From Klebsiella phage VLCpiS13a, in sequence record NC_071152.1: 47,956 nt of DNA. The stretch is one strand, 5' to 3'. Of this stretch, positions 1 through 8,688 are shown one piece after another (positions within the stretch are counted from its first letter, which is position 1; each line of letters opens with the position of its first letter). The position numbers and the translations under genes are program-made. The notes under the pieces are model-generated. The model was not told the DNA's origin and did not search any database. It saw nothing but the letters and a program-made list of their open reading frames with translations.

Positions 1-175
1 GTACGAAAAAGAGTTGCTGAACAAGCTGGAAGAACTTGACCGCACTCGCGCATGGGTTGAAAGCGAATTGCGCGAAGTTCGCAACCGCATGCAGCGGCAG
101 GTTAACCGCGAAATTATCGAATGGCGCGAAGGGCGCCCGCATTTCAGCAATATTGGTGAATGGGTGGCGAAATGA
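1..175 (+). CDS. hypothetical coiled-coil protein, C-terminal fragment (gene appears to begin at ATG 47940 and wrap around the window ends)
   Basis: Open frame 2..175 ending TGA 173-175; same phase as ORF starting 47940 if sequence is circular. Confidence 0.4.
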   Translation, partial: YEKELLNKLEELDRTRAWVESELREVRNRMQRQVNREIIEWREGRPHFSNIGEWVAK

Positions 176-396
176 GCAAGGCCAGCACGCTGATTCAGTT
201 AATCATGGCCGACATCAGGGAAGACAATGCAAGGGCTGGGTGGCAGAGAAACAAGCCTGACCGCCGAACGTTGAAGCAGATGCTACGCGCCAGTTTCGGG
301 CGCCCTGGCATAAAACGCGATTATCGCAGGGATAGGGTGCTAAGAAAGCTATGCAACATTCAGGTTAAATATATGATGGGAAAGGTGGCGAAATGA
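172..396 (+). CDS. hypothetical basic small protein
   Basis: ATG 172 overlaps upstream stop (ATGA), GGTGG SD 8 nt upstream; Arg/Lys rich. Confidence 0.45.
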   Translation: MSKASTLIQLIMADIREDNARAGWQRNKPDRRTLKQMLRASFGRPGIKRDYRRDRVLRKLCNIQVKYMMGKVAK

Positions 397-635
397 AACC
401 AATGATGAATGATGATGGGCTGCTGGAGTGTCCGTTTTGCGGAGGAATTTCAGCATATAAAGACTACTGCCACCACAGAAGTATGCATAACGTGGTCTGC
501 GGCGATTGTGGTTGCGGCACCGATGAGTGGATTTATGAGGAAGGTGCTGTTAAATCATGGAATACCAGAAATGGCCACCTCTATACCGCTGACGACTACA
601 AACAAGATGCACTGGAGCGCGCAAATGGACTTTAA
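393..635 (+). CDS. Cys-rich zinc-finger small protein
   Basis: SD AAGGTGG before ATG 393; CPFCGG..CHH..CGDCGCG motif; start overlaps upstream stop. Confidence 0.5.
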   Translation: MKPMMNDDGLLECPFCGGISAYKDYCHHRSMHNVVCGDCGCGTDEWIYEEGAVKSWNTRNGHLYTADDYKQDALERANGL

Positions 636-1095
636 AACGCAAATACTCACGGTGATAGAGCGCTGCGGAGGCGCAACCAATGCCATGATTCGCAATCAGA
701 CCGGAATCGCTGACCGTGCACGGATAAATCTCTATCTTCTCGAAATGGAGAGTATGGGATTTATTATTAAAGAGGAAGCAATTAGTCATGGTCGTCGCTG
801 CTTCAAGTATTTCCTTAATCCCGATAACACTGCGCTAGATTTAGCAATTCAGACCTATCTTGAGGCGAACCCTGGGCGCAAGAGCAAGCAGATAGCGGAG
901 GCTGTCGACGTCAATTACACCATCCTCAAGGCACGCATGCGCTATCTGGCAAGCATTGGTCAGGTTGACCGTGAAATGCTTCCCGGCGGAGCGTGGAAGT
1001 ATTACTGGCAGGAGATCATCCCGTTTGGCATGAGCCGTAACAGGATGATGTTTGAAAAGCTGCTTGCCGGGGCGCGCAAGTCATGTGGGCGGTAA
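625..1095 (+). CDS. putative winged-helix DNA-binding protein
   Basis: Protein-like C-terminal 156 aa of ORF 409..1095; ATG 625 overlaps stop of 393..635; alternative starts 607 or 409. Confidence 0.4.
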   Translation: MDFKTQILTVIERCGGATNAMIRNQTGIADRARINLYLLEMESMGFIIKEEAISHGRRCFKYFLNPDNTALDLAIQTYLEANPGRKSKQIAEAVDVNYTILKARMRYLASIGQVDREMLPGGAWKYYWQEIIPFGMSRNRMMFEKLLAGARKSCGR

Positions 1096-1373
1096 AGCAT
1101 AAATCAGGAACCGTGCTGTTTGTCACCAACTGTGAACGCACGGCCAATAATCGCAGAGAGATGGGGTGGATAGTGGAGGAAGTGAATGTGAGCAAACCAA
1201 AAAGCGCATTAATTAAAATTACATGGCATGACGACACGGTTAGCCAGTGGCATGCAGATTCATTCAGAGAGGGTGAGCACTCCATTGAAATGAATATTGG
1301 TGGATGTATCGTTTGCATTCCCTGGAGGTTATACAAAGATGGCGAAGTTAAACATTTGGATGTGGAGTCGTAA
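1083..1373 (+). CDS. hypothetical protein
   Basis: ORF overlapping upstream stop by 13 nt (translational coupling). Confidence 0.4.
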   Translation: MWAVKHKSGTVLFVTNCERTANNRREMGWIVEEVNVSKPKSALIKITWHDDTVSQWHADSFREGEHSIEMNIGGCIVCIPWRLYKDGEVKHLDVES

Positions 1374-1700
1374 ATGAAACTACAACTTAACGAAATCATG
1401 GAAGCAACAATCAGCGAACTTGATGACATTGATATGACGCTTGCCTTTGAGATTGAGGCTATTGAGCGCCAGCTTGCCGGGAATCATGATGCAGGCAGAG
1501 TATGGAGAGAGAAGGCCATGAAAGCGCGTGACCATATGAAGCGCACCCGCGCACTTGTTCGCACTCGCCTTGATAAGCTCTACTACGGAGAAGAAAGGAT
1601 GTTACACGGCGCCATTCTGGCTGAAATCCGCAAAACGATGCCTGTCGGGAAATTCATGGATATGGTTTATAAAGCCAAACGTAATGCGGGGTTGTTATGA
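1374..1700 (+). CDS. hypothetical protein
   Basis: ATG immediately after upstream TAA; 108 aa. Confidence 0.45.
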   Translation: MKLQLNEIMEATISELDDIDMTLAFEIEAIERQLAGNHDAGRVWREKAMKARDHMKRTRALVRTRLDKLYYGEERMLHGAILAEIRKTMPVGKFMDMVYKAKRNAGLL

Positions 1701-1882
1701 TGCGCATGTATCAGTGCTACAGGTGTGGTGAATCAAAGGATTGGTACAGGTTTAACCCTGGTCAAAAATATTGGATTAGAAAGTGTATCCGTTGCGAGCG
1801 ATCTCCTGTTGGGTCAATGCCTATTAGACAGGATTCATCTCACGTGTTTCATAGTGGAAAGATAATGAAGGTGTGCAGATGA
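1697..1882 (+). CDS. zinc-ribbon small protein
   Basis: ATGA overlap with upstream gene; CYRCG..CIRCE pairs. Confidence 0.45.
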   Translation: MMRMYQCYRCGESKDWYRFNPGQKYWIRKCIRCERSPVGSMPIRQDSSHVFHSGKIMKVCR

Positions 1883-2081
1883 TTCCCGTGCTATGAATTA
1901 CCGGAGCAGACAAATTCTGCAAGATAATTAATGTCGGCTAACTTACTAACGTAGATGCATATGGAATTCCTTTTTCTGCACAGCTGACGCCATGCTCGTG
2001 CTCACAGGTAATGCAATCCCGGACTAATCTGTTACAGGAATTAACTCATGGCTGTTACCTTGCACTCAGGAGGTAGCAGCC

Positions 2082-2204
2082 ATGCCAATCATACTGATAT
2101 CATTCTTTGCTACTCTTTTCGCTTTTACCGCATCTCCGCTTTACCTTCTCGCGTCCGTTTCGTGGTGCATATTCATGGTGTGTTATAATCCGGGCATAAA
2201 GTAA
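2082..2204 (+). CDS. speculative 40-aa hydrophobic peptide
   Basis: AGGAGG SD 2068-2073 and ATG 2082 lie in/next to a 10-bp hairpin (2051-2060/2072-2081); peptide entirely hydrophobic. Confidence 0.2.
   Translation: MPIILISFFATLFAFTASPLYLLASVSWCIFMVCYNPGIK
2181..2189 (+). promoter_or_regulatory. extended -10 promoter candidate (TGTTATAAT) for head operon
   Basis: TGnTATAAT 30 nt upstream of head-gene ATG 2220. Confidence 0.35.
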
Positions 2205-2219
2205 GCGCGGAGAAAGGTC

Positions 2220-3620
2220 ATGATTGTCAAAATTGGCGACAAGTGGGTCGTTAAATCTAAGGATGGCTCGCACCAGTTTGGCGAGTACGACACCGAAGAG
2301 GCGGCGAAAAAGCGCCTTGCTGAGGTGGAGGCATTCAAGCATATGAATAATAAATTACAGGTTAACATCCTGTACACCATCAACTCAGCCAGCAACATCA
2401 GTGAAAAAATCATTGATGGCGACCCGCACTATGTCATCAAGAATGTTGTGCCGGTGGTGGATGATATTGTCATGAACGGCGGCCTGTACCCTGGCGATGA
2501 GATTAAAAAATCATTTCATGGCCTTGATGGTAAACCGGCGCCATATGACCACCCGAAGATTGACGGTAAATATGTGTCGGCCAACATGACGCGAGCCGCC
2601 AATCAGTTCAGTGTTGGTGCATGGATTGAGAACTCATCTCATGACGGCAGCAAGGCGCTGGTAGACCTTTATATTAACAAGGTGGTAGCTGAGCGATCTG
2701 ATAAAGGCAGGGAGTTGCTGTCGCGTATTGATGGACTCAAAGTTAATAGCGCTGATGCTGAACCTGTGCAAGTCTCCACGGGACTGTTGCTCAACCGCGA
2801 GCAGGCATCAGGAACTTCTAAGGGCAAAAAATATTCCTGGATTGCCAGGAATATGGAATGGGACCACCTTGCAATTCTTCCGCCCGGTATTCCTGGTGCT
2901 GGCGGCCCTGCTGATGGTGTCGGTATCTTCGCTGCTAACGGCGAAGACATTGAGCGTGTTGTAGTTAACCTTGAGGAATCGGCAATGACCGACGAAAGTG
3001 CAAACAAAATCAAATGGTGGCAGCGTGCTATCAATCGCCTGACTGGCAATCAGCTGTCATTCACCGATATTACTGAACAGCTCCGCAATATCATCAAGGC
3101 AGAGACTCAGGCTGATGTATGGCCCTATATCGTCGCCGTTTATGATAATTACTTCGGAGTTGAGATTGACGGCACCATTTATATGCAGTCCTACATCGTC
3201 CGCGAGGATATGGTAGAATTAGTCGGTGAACGGGTTAAGGCTGTTTATAAGACAGAGCTTGAACCGGTAAAAACAACTCAAGGGGAAATCTCAATGACTA
3301 ACGAGGAATTACAGGCTGCATTAGCCGATGCCCTCAAACCGGTTCATGATTCGTTGACCGCAGTCAACCAGAAACTGGCCGATGTGGAGGCGCAAAACAA
3401 AACTCTGCGCGACCAGCTGCAAGCCAATGCCGCACAGGAAGAAACCGCAATGCGCGCCGCCATTATGGCTGAGCTGAAGTTGCCGGAATCTGCTGTTAAT
3501 GCGCTGACTGGCGAAGCACTGCGTGAAACCTATGCGCTCACCAGTAAAGCGGCTCCGATTTCCGGCGGGTTCCAGCCGAACCGTGCCGAAGAAGATTTTG
3601 ATATGGAGGCACCTGAATAA
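2220..3620 (+). CDS. head maturation protein (prohead protease/scaffold-like fusion)
   Basis: 466 aa immediately upstream of capsid genes; C-terminal Ala/Gln/Glu coiled-coil typical of scaffolds; SD GGAGAAAGG. Confidence 0.5.
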   Translation: MIVKIGDKWVVKSKDGSHQFGEYDTEEAAKKRLAEVEAFKHMNNKLQVNILYTINSASNISEKIIDGDPHYVIKNVVPVVDDIVMNGGLYPGDEIKKSFHGLDGKPAPYDHPKIDGKYVSANMTRAANQFSVGAWIENSSHDGSKALVDLYINKVVAERSDKGRELLSRIDGLKVNSADAEPVQVSTGLLLNREQASGTSKGKKYSWIARNMEWDHLAILPPGIPGAGGPADGVGIFAANGEDIERVVVNLEESAMTDESANKIKWWQRAINRLTGNQLSFTDITEQLRNIIKAETQADVWPYIVAVYDNYFGVEIDGTIYMQSYIVREDMVELVGERVKAVYKTELEPVKTTQGEISMTNEELQAALADALKPVHDSLTAVNQKLADVEAQNKTLRDQLQANAAQEETAMRAAIMAELKLPESAVNALTGEALRETYALTSKAAPISGGFQPNRAEEDFDMEAPE

Positions 3621-4084
3621 TGGCTACTATCCGTTATGGCACCATCATCGGCGGCCCGGCCCGCAAAAATGACCCGCAGCTGCGCGAAGGCCTGATGAAC
3701 GTCTCGCTGCAACCGGGCGCGCTGGTCGATTTCAACTCCTCTGACAAAATCATCGCGCATGCGACTGCTGGCGGTCATGGTTTCCCTTACGTCCTGCAAC
3801 ACAACTATGTTGGCGGCGGCGACGTGAGCGAAGCTGTACCGGCAAATGCTACCGGCATGGCAGTACAATGCGAATTTGGCGTAACGTATCACGCTCTGGT
3901 TGCGGCATCCTCCGCGCTGGTAAAAGGTACTCCGCTGGCAAGCAATGGCTCCGGCGCGTTAAAAGTTGCAGAAGCAGGAGAAAATATCCTGTTTTATGCG
4001 TATGAAGCCTACACCGTAGCATCTGATGGCGCTGAACTCGTTGCAGTTCGTCGTGCTGGCAATGCTGCAATGCCTGCGGCGTAA
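3620..4084 (+). CDS. hypothetical head protein (possible decoration protein)
   Basis: ATGGCT start overlapping upstream TAA; between scaffold and major capsid. Confidence 0.35.
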   Translation: MATIRYGTIIGGPARKNDPQLREGLMNVSLQPGALVDFNSSDKIIAHATAGGHGFPYVLQHNYVGGGDVSEAVPANATGMAVQCEFGVTYHALVAASSALVKGTPLASNGSGALKVAEAGENILFYAYEAYTVASDGAELVAVRRAGNAAMPAA

Positions 4085-4095
4085 GGAGCCGAACA

Positions 4096-5184
4096 ATGGA
4101 AAAGATTATCTTTACGAAAGGCCTGATCACCAACTCGCAGGTGGTTAAAGAGCAATGGCGTCACCTGACTGTTGACCGCAAGGTTTTCATCAATGGTGAA
4201 AATGCTCTGGCGAAAGAATACGGCGTGAACGCCACCGCGCTGGTAACGAAAGACTACTGGCGCGAAGTGGATGACGTGACCACCCGCGTATTCCGCAACG
4301 AGTCCGGCATGGACATGATGGCCGACCTGATGACGCTGGCGACCAACATCAATATCGGTAAGACCGTGGCAATTAGCCGCATGGCATCCGATGCTGGTAA
4401 GGTTGTGCGCACCATCTCCGGTCAGGAGCCTGAAGACCTCGATAAAACCCGCTATTCCTACAGCGGCGATGTAATCCCGATCTTCAAAACCGGCTATGGC
4501 CGTGAGTGGCGTGAGCTGATGGGCATGCAATCTGAAGGTTTCGACCCGCTGATTGATGACCAGGAGAGCACCACCTTCAACCTGCGCGCAGACATGGCGG
4601 ATTATCTGCTGGTCGGCGATGCAAGCCTGAACGTGAACGGCGTTTATACTGCTTACGGCATCACCAACCACCCGAACACCGTGCAGCTTAACCTGAGCGC
4701 TTCCGGCACTGGTGCGCTGAACATCGACCTGCAAACTGCAACCCCTGATGAAATCGTTGAGTTCTTCAACCAAGATTTCCAGGCGGTTCTGGATGCACAG
4801 AACGTGTTCGAGCCGGTTACTCTGTGGGTTTCTCCGTCTGTGCGTCGATCCTTCAGCCGTCCGTACTCCAACGCGGCAGGCTTCAAAGGCGGCACCATTG
4901 AGGATTACATCCTCGCATTCGGCAAGACCGGCAACGTTGGCCGCATCGCGTCTATCGGCACCAACTTCAAACTGACCGGGAACCATTTCGTCGGCTATGT
5001 GAAGAATGCGCTGTATATCCGCCCTCGCGTCGCTCAGCCGGTATCTACCTATGCAGAGCCGCGTACCACGCCTCACGCTAACTTTAACTTCCTGACCTGG
5101 GCTGCTATGGGCCTGCAAATCCGTAAGGATTTCAATGGTCGAAGCAAAGTTTTCAACGGCTACGGCACGCAAACCGCGCTGTAA
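4096..5184 (+). CDS. major capsid protein
   Basis: 362 aa, strong host-like codon bias, SD AAGGAG, followed by strong terminator; position after scaffold. Confidence 0.7.
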   Translation: MEKIIFTKGLITNSQVVKEQWRHLTVDRKVFINGENALAKEYGVNATALVTKDYWREVDDVTTRVFRNESGMDMMADLMTLATNINIGKTVAISRMASDAGKVVRTISGQEPEDLDKTRYSYSGDVIPIFKTGYGREWRELMGMQSEGFDPLIDDQESTTFNLRADMADYLLVGDASLNVNGVYTAYGITNHPNTVQLNLSASGTGALNIDLQTATPDEIVEFFNQDFQAVLDAQNVFEPVTLWVSPSVRRSFSRPYSNAAGFKGGTIEDYILAFGKTGNVGRIASIGTNFKLTGNHFVGYVKNALYIRPRVAQPVSTYAEPRTTPHANFNFLTWAAMGLQIRKDFNGRSKVFNGYGTQTAL

Positions 5185-5189
5185 AAATA

Positions 5190-5210
5190 AAGGGGCGAAA
5201 GCCCCTTTTA
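5190..5210 (+). terminator. rho-independent terminator
   Basis: AGGGGCGAAAGCCCCT hairpin + TTTT. Confidence 0.7.
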
Positions 5211-5226
5211 ACTATCAGAGGTTATC

Positions 5227-5421
5227 ATGGCTAAATATGAAGTAATCGCCAGCGGAATCTTCATCAAGGATAAAGACGGTCGCCTGCGTGAGCTTGCTAT
5301 TGGGGATGTCATTGACGAATCCACTCCGCACATTGAGTCAAAGCTTCGCCCGGTTAGTGAGAAAATTCTGGAAGTTGCAACTCCGCAAGAATCGCAGCCA
5401 AAGGCGAAGAAAACCAAGTAA
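5227..5421 (+). CDS. hypothetical small protein
   Basis: SD GAGG, 64 aa, flanked by two terminators. Confidence 0.45.
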   Translation: MAKYEVIASGIFIKDKDGRLRELAIGDVIDESTPHIESKLRPVSEKILEVATPQESQPKAKKTK

Positions 5422-5425
5422 AATA

Positions 5426-5450
5426 AACCCGCAAACAAGCGGGTTTTTTA
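5426..5450 (+). terminator. rho-independent terminator
   Basis: AACCCGC-loop-GCGGGTT + T6. Confidence 0.7.
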
Positions 5451-6281
5451 TTGGGGGTTATCATGGCTGTCAGGTACGAAATAAACACAACTCCGGCTGA
5501 CGGAGAGGTTTTGCTTAGCGAAACTATGTCAGCGGACTGGACTGCATTGCAGGTGCAGATTGTGCCGTTAAACTCTTCCGGAGGTCACGAACCATTAACA
5601 AGCGGATCTGTTTCCGTAATGGTATCGCCGTTTGCATCTGGTGACTTCTGGATTGACGTCAACAATAATAATTATTATGGCGTGGCATTGCGACTGAAGG
5701 TGATCAAGTCTCAGCTTCCTGCTGGCGTTGCATCCCTGAAAGTCCTAGTGTGGCGAGCTGATACCTCAGTGCCATCAAGTCAGGTTGTCGCTCAATCATA
5801 TGCCGAGCTTGCTAATAAGCAGGGTAAGTTATTCACTGCATCTCGTCGCGTGGCTGACGTCGCTGGCGGCGCCAACCTTGACAGCATCTTTATCACAGGC
5901 TCAAAACAGGTCGTATTTAACCAGCGAATCATCGGCTACACCGGAAAGGGCGTCATTGCGTCAATTTACCGTGGAGCTGTAGCCACTGGAGGCGCCGCTG
6001 CGGAGATTAACAACCCCAACGACATAGCGCCGCATACTGCAACGGCACAGCTTCTGACTGGCTCTACGGTGACAAGTATCGGTCAGCTGACGGTGGCTGC
6101 GACGTATAGTGAAGGGAACGCATCTAATCAGGGGCAGGGTAATTCGCAGGCAAAACTTGGTGAGCAGGCCATCATGGCGCCTAATACCACCTATCTGTTG
6201 CGCATTACGTCACTGGATACTGCGGCACAAAATATCAATGCTTACGTTTCGTGGTTTGAGGATGACGCTTATCTTCCGTGA
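5451..6281 (+). CDS. hypothetical head-region protein
   Basis: 276 aa; same RBS context GGTTATCATGGC as gene 5227; Ala/Gly/Ser/Thr rich. Confidence 0.5.
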   Translation: MGVIMAVRYEINTTPADGEVLLSETMSADWTALQVQIVPLNSSGGHEPLTSGSVSVMVSPFASGDFWIDVNNNNYYGVALRLKVIKSQLPAGVASLKVLVWRADTSVPSSQVVAQSYAELANKQGKLFTASRRVADVAGGANLDSIFITGSKQVVFNQRIIGYTGKGVIASIYRGAVATGGAAAEINNPNDIAPHTATAQLLTGSTVTSIGQLTVAATYSEGNASNQGQGNSQAKLGEQAIMAPNTTYLLRITSLDTAAQNINAYVSWFEDDAYLP

Positions 6282-6287
6282 TAAAAG

Positions 6288-6314
6288 AAAAGCCCCAGAA
6301 GGGGCTTTGTTTAC
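6288..6314. terminator. bidirectional rho-independent terminator
   Basis: AAAGCCCC-AGAA-GGGGCTTT with A-run upstream and T-run downstream. Confidence 0.7.
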
Positions 6315-6562
6315 TTATGGTCGCGAAGTTGAATGAGATTATCAATCAGCCTCTGAATTGAGGCGTTGTCTTTAAATGTGATGTAAATTTCAGACTCATC
6401 AGTATCATTAGTTTCATCACCTGGAATGCCGCGATTTATGGTATTCGCAAAGGCTATTAACTTTTCACCATTGCAATATCCAGCTTTAATGCCAACATAA
6501 CCACCTCCAAGGCGGGCAACTTTTGAGCCATCGCCCTGAGTAAAAACGCCATTCTTTTTCAT
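6311..6562 (-). CDS. hypothetical protein (cassette gene 5)
   Basis: ATG 6562 two nt after stop of clamp-like gene; 83 aa. Confidence 0.5.
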   Translation of the reverse strand: MKKNGVFTQGDGSKVARLGGGYVGIKAGYCNGEKLIAFANTINRGIPGDETNDTDESEIYITFKDNASIQRLIDNLIQLRDHK

Positions 6563-6564
6563 CA

Positions 6565-7101
6565 CTAAATCCTCATTGGCATAACGATAACTTTTGCAGT
6601 CTCGCCAGTAGGCGCACTGATGTTTGCGACGGCGGCGTTGATATAGCCGTTCAGTTCGAAGAGAACGCTTTCAAATTTCGGGTTAAACAACTTCGCCAGC
6701 TTCTCAACATCTGCCAGATATTTGGCATTAAAGCCAATCTGTTCTGCTGGCGAAGTCTTCTTCGGGATGACGCGATCAATATCGGGGTAATTGCCATCAA
6801 TTTCAGAACAAATGCCCGCACCAACCATCGCCTCATGTTCGTCATGGTAGGTGACAATGTTTGTTTCAGTGTCCAGTAACGCATAGGAATAACGCTTAGT
6901 TGGCGACTTGCTTACTGACACGATGACGTTACTTTTTATCTTGTTTTCGTGCTTACTGGCAATCATGGCGCGATGACCGTCAGTAGCGGCAACGCGACCA
7001 TCAGGCATAAAGCAGATACCGTTCAGGTAGTAACGTACATCCTGTTTGGCCTGGAACATCAAAGCGCCTTCGAGTAATAGCTTACTAATCTTCAATTTCA
7101 T
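6565..7101 (-). CDS. DnaN (beta sliding clamp)-like truncated protein: domain II plus C-terminal half of domain III
   Basis: Motifs shared with E. coli DnaN recalled from memory: QDVRYYLNG, ATDGHR, DGxxPDxxRV(I/L)PK, IGFNxxY(L/V)xDV, C-terminal VMPMR(I/L); MKLKIS start at 7101 with GGTGAAAAA SD (ORF extends to 7143). Confidence 0.7.
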   Translation of the reverse strand: MKLKISKLLLEGALMFQAKQDVRYYLNGICFMPDGRVAATDGHRAMIASKHENKIKSNVIVSVSKSPTKRYSYALLDTETNIVTYHDEHEAMVGAGICSEIDGNYPDIDRVIPKKTSPAEQIGFNAKYLADVEKLAKLFNPKFESVLFELNGYINAAVANISAPTGETAKVIVMPMRI

Positions 7102-7274
7102 TTTTTCACCTTCACCATGTGTTGTTTTGCAACCTTCAGGCATTCATCGAAAATCTTGCCTTTCTTTTCACTCTGGTTGCGCCTGTAGTGGATAATTGCA
7201 GCCTCTATGGCCGCGTTGTCGATGCCTGGCAGTTTTTCGCGCAGGTTTTTCTCTATGAATTTTTCTGGTGTCAT
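7098..7274 (-). CDS. hypothetical small protein (58 aa)
   Basis: ATGA overlaps at both ends couple it between the Cys4 gene and the clamp-like gene. Confidence 0.4.
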   Translation of the reverse strand: MTPEKFIEKNLREKLPGIDNAAIEAAIIHYRRNQSEKKGKIFDECLKVAKQHMVKVKK

Positions 7275-7621
7275 AAATCATTCTTATCCAGTAATCCAAG
7301 GTTATACATCTTTTTAGCATACTTGTGGTCGACCAACTCTCCACCGACCTTGTTTGCAGCATCGCTAACCTTACTTCCAGGCTCAAACCATCCGGTTTCC
7401 TTTTCCCTATCGGTTAACTCCCTTTTGTCAAGGTAGCTTATTTCAGATGCCTTGCATGATTCGCAATAATATGGCCCGCACTGGACAAGACCGACGCCAA
7501 CGTCGACAAAATCAGCAAAGCAGTGCTCATACCCGCAGTATGGGCATATTGCTTCGTCTGGCTCCCATATGCTTTTGTGATTAGTGCTAAATTCATGTCT
7601 ACCAATCCCAGTGCTCATCAC
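7271..7621 (-). CDS. Cys4 zinc-binding protein
   Basis: CPYCGYEHC ... CGPYYCESC; ATGA overlap with upstream gene. Confidence 0.5.
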   Translation of the reverse strand: MMSTGIGRHEFSTNHKSIWEPDEAICPYCGYEHCFADFVDVGVGLVQCGPYYCESCKASEISYLDKRELTDREKETGWFEPGSKVSDAANKVGGELVDHKYAKKMYNLGLLDKNDL

Positions 7622-7818
7622 AGCTTCTCCAGAATAGCCAGCACTTCACTCAACTCAGCAGATGGAAGGCGCAAAAACTCCTCGGTCTCCTGTGCCACAT
7701 GACCCTCAGCAACCACCATATGATCTGCTTCTTTCAGCAACTGAATAAGGCGGTCAATCGGCTTTGCCTTGTCTTCTGCTGGGTTATCGACATTAAACAT
7801 CTTCATCACCTCTAACAT
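7618..7818 (-). CDS. acidic small protein (first gene of cassette)
   Basis: SD GAGGTGA before ATG 7818; 66 aa, Glu/Asp rich. Confidence 0.5.
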   Translation of the reverse strand: MLEVMKMFNVDNPAEDKAKPIDRLIQLLKEADHMVVAEGHVAQETEEFLRLPSAELSEVLAILEKL

Positions 7819-7840
7819 TTATTATTGTTTCTACATCATC

Positions 7841-7869
7841 ACTATAGCGACACCCTCAATCTACGTCAA
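7841..7869 (-). promoter_or_regulatory. sigma70-type promoter TTGACG-N17-TATAGT with conserved TAGATTGAG spacer element
   Basis: Reverse complement of 7841-7869 reads TTGACGTAGATTGAGGGTGTCGCTATAGT; about 20 nt upstream of SD/ATG 7818. Confidence 0.5.
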
Positions 7870-7876
7870 CACTTTA

Positions 7877-7885
7877 TGATAAAAT
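7877..7885 (+). promoter_or_regulatory. extended -10 promoter candidate TGATAAAAT
   Basis: TGnTAAAAT; same element precedes genes at 44904 and 47641. Confidence 0.3.
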
Positions 7886-8030
7886 TAAACCAACAACACT
7901 CACCCCGCGCTGTTCCGTCCTGAAAAACGTAAGGCGGCGAAATTGGATATAGCAATCGGCGTTATCGTCATGGCGCTTTCGCTGGTTCAGGTGTACAGAT
8001 GCTGGAAGCTCATCATTCGGAGAATAATTA

Positions 8031-8318
8031 ATGAGAGACGCGCTTCAGCACGCCGCAAACCAGATAATTAGTGGCACCGCCGGTCAGGTAATCGATAAGG
8101 CCGGTTACACATCCATCGGCACGGGACTTGGTTTACAGGTGGTAGACCAAACGTCTATGGCGCAATCATACATTGCATCACTGATGCCCCATTCGATTAC
8201 TGAGTGGGCTGCGGTAGCCTCTATACTTGGCGCGCTGTCACTGGTGGCAAAGACGGCTTTTGAGATATGGTGGAAGATTCGGGAGAGCAAAAAGAATGGC
8301 AGCACCGACAGCAAGTGA
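8031..8318 (+). CDS. hypothetical protein with C-terminal hydrophobic helix
   Basis: 95 aa ORF, first rightward gene after divergent promoter region. Confidence 0.4.
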   Translation: MRDALQHAANQIISGTAGQVIDKAGYTSIGTGLGLQVVDQTSMAQSYIASLMPHSITEWAAVASILGALSLVAKTAFEIWWKIRESKKNGSTDSK

Positions 8319-8688
8319 ACTCGTCGCCGCCATGGCGTCAAGAGGCGTAACTATCACCACGGCAGACGCAACTGGCATCCTGTGTCTGGTGGCGAGCATC
8401 ACAGAGTGTCTTGAGCTTAATTACCCTGAAGACACATGTAGGCAGGATGCAATTCTGCTATGGGCATCTATCCTGATCGCCTCAAATACAGCCGGGAGAT
8501 ACATCACCAGCCACCGGGCGCCATCTGGTGCGTCGCAATCATTTGGCTATGGAAGCAAGCCGTGGATGGCCCTTTACAATCAGATGAAACTACTCGACAC
8601 GGCAGACTGCACAGGCGACCTTGTGGAAGAGCCTGATGGAAGTGCAAAGCCGTGGTTTCGGGTTGTCACCGGGAGCAAGTGCAGATGA
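8296..8688 (+). CDS. putative head-tail connector protein (gp6-like)
   Basis: ATG 8296 with AAAGAATGG context in frame of ORF 8227..8688; size and position consistent with connector. Confidence 0.35.
   Translation: MAAPTASELVAAMASRGVTITTADATGILCLVASITECLELNYPEDTCRQDAILLWASILIASNTAGRYITSHRAPSGASQSFGYGSKPWMALYNQMKLLDTADCTGDLVEEPDGSAKPWFRVVTGSKCR

Noticed and set aside
409-1095. 228-aa ORF starting at 409
   Set aside because: Its first 70 codons overlap, in another frame, the well-supported zinc-finger ORF 393-635 (good SD); only the part after 625 looks like real protein, so annotated as 625-1095
4009-5172. 387-aa ORF on minus strand opposite the major capsid gene
   Set aside because: Ala/Arg/Val/Gly-rich low-complexity translation typical of antisense of a GC3-biased highly expressed gene; no RBS; the plus-strand product is far more protein-like and has an SD
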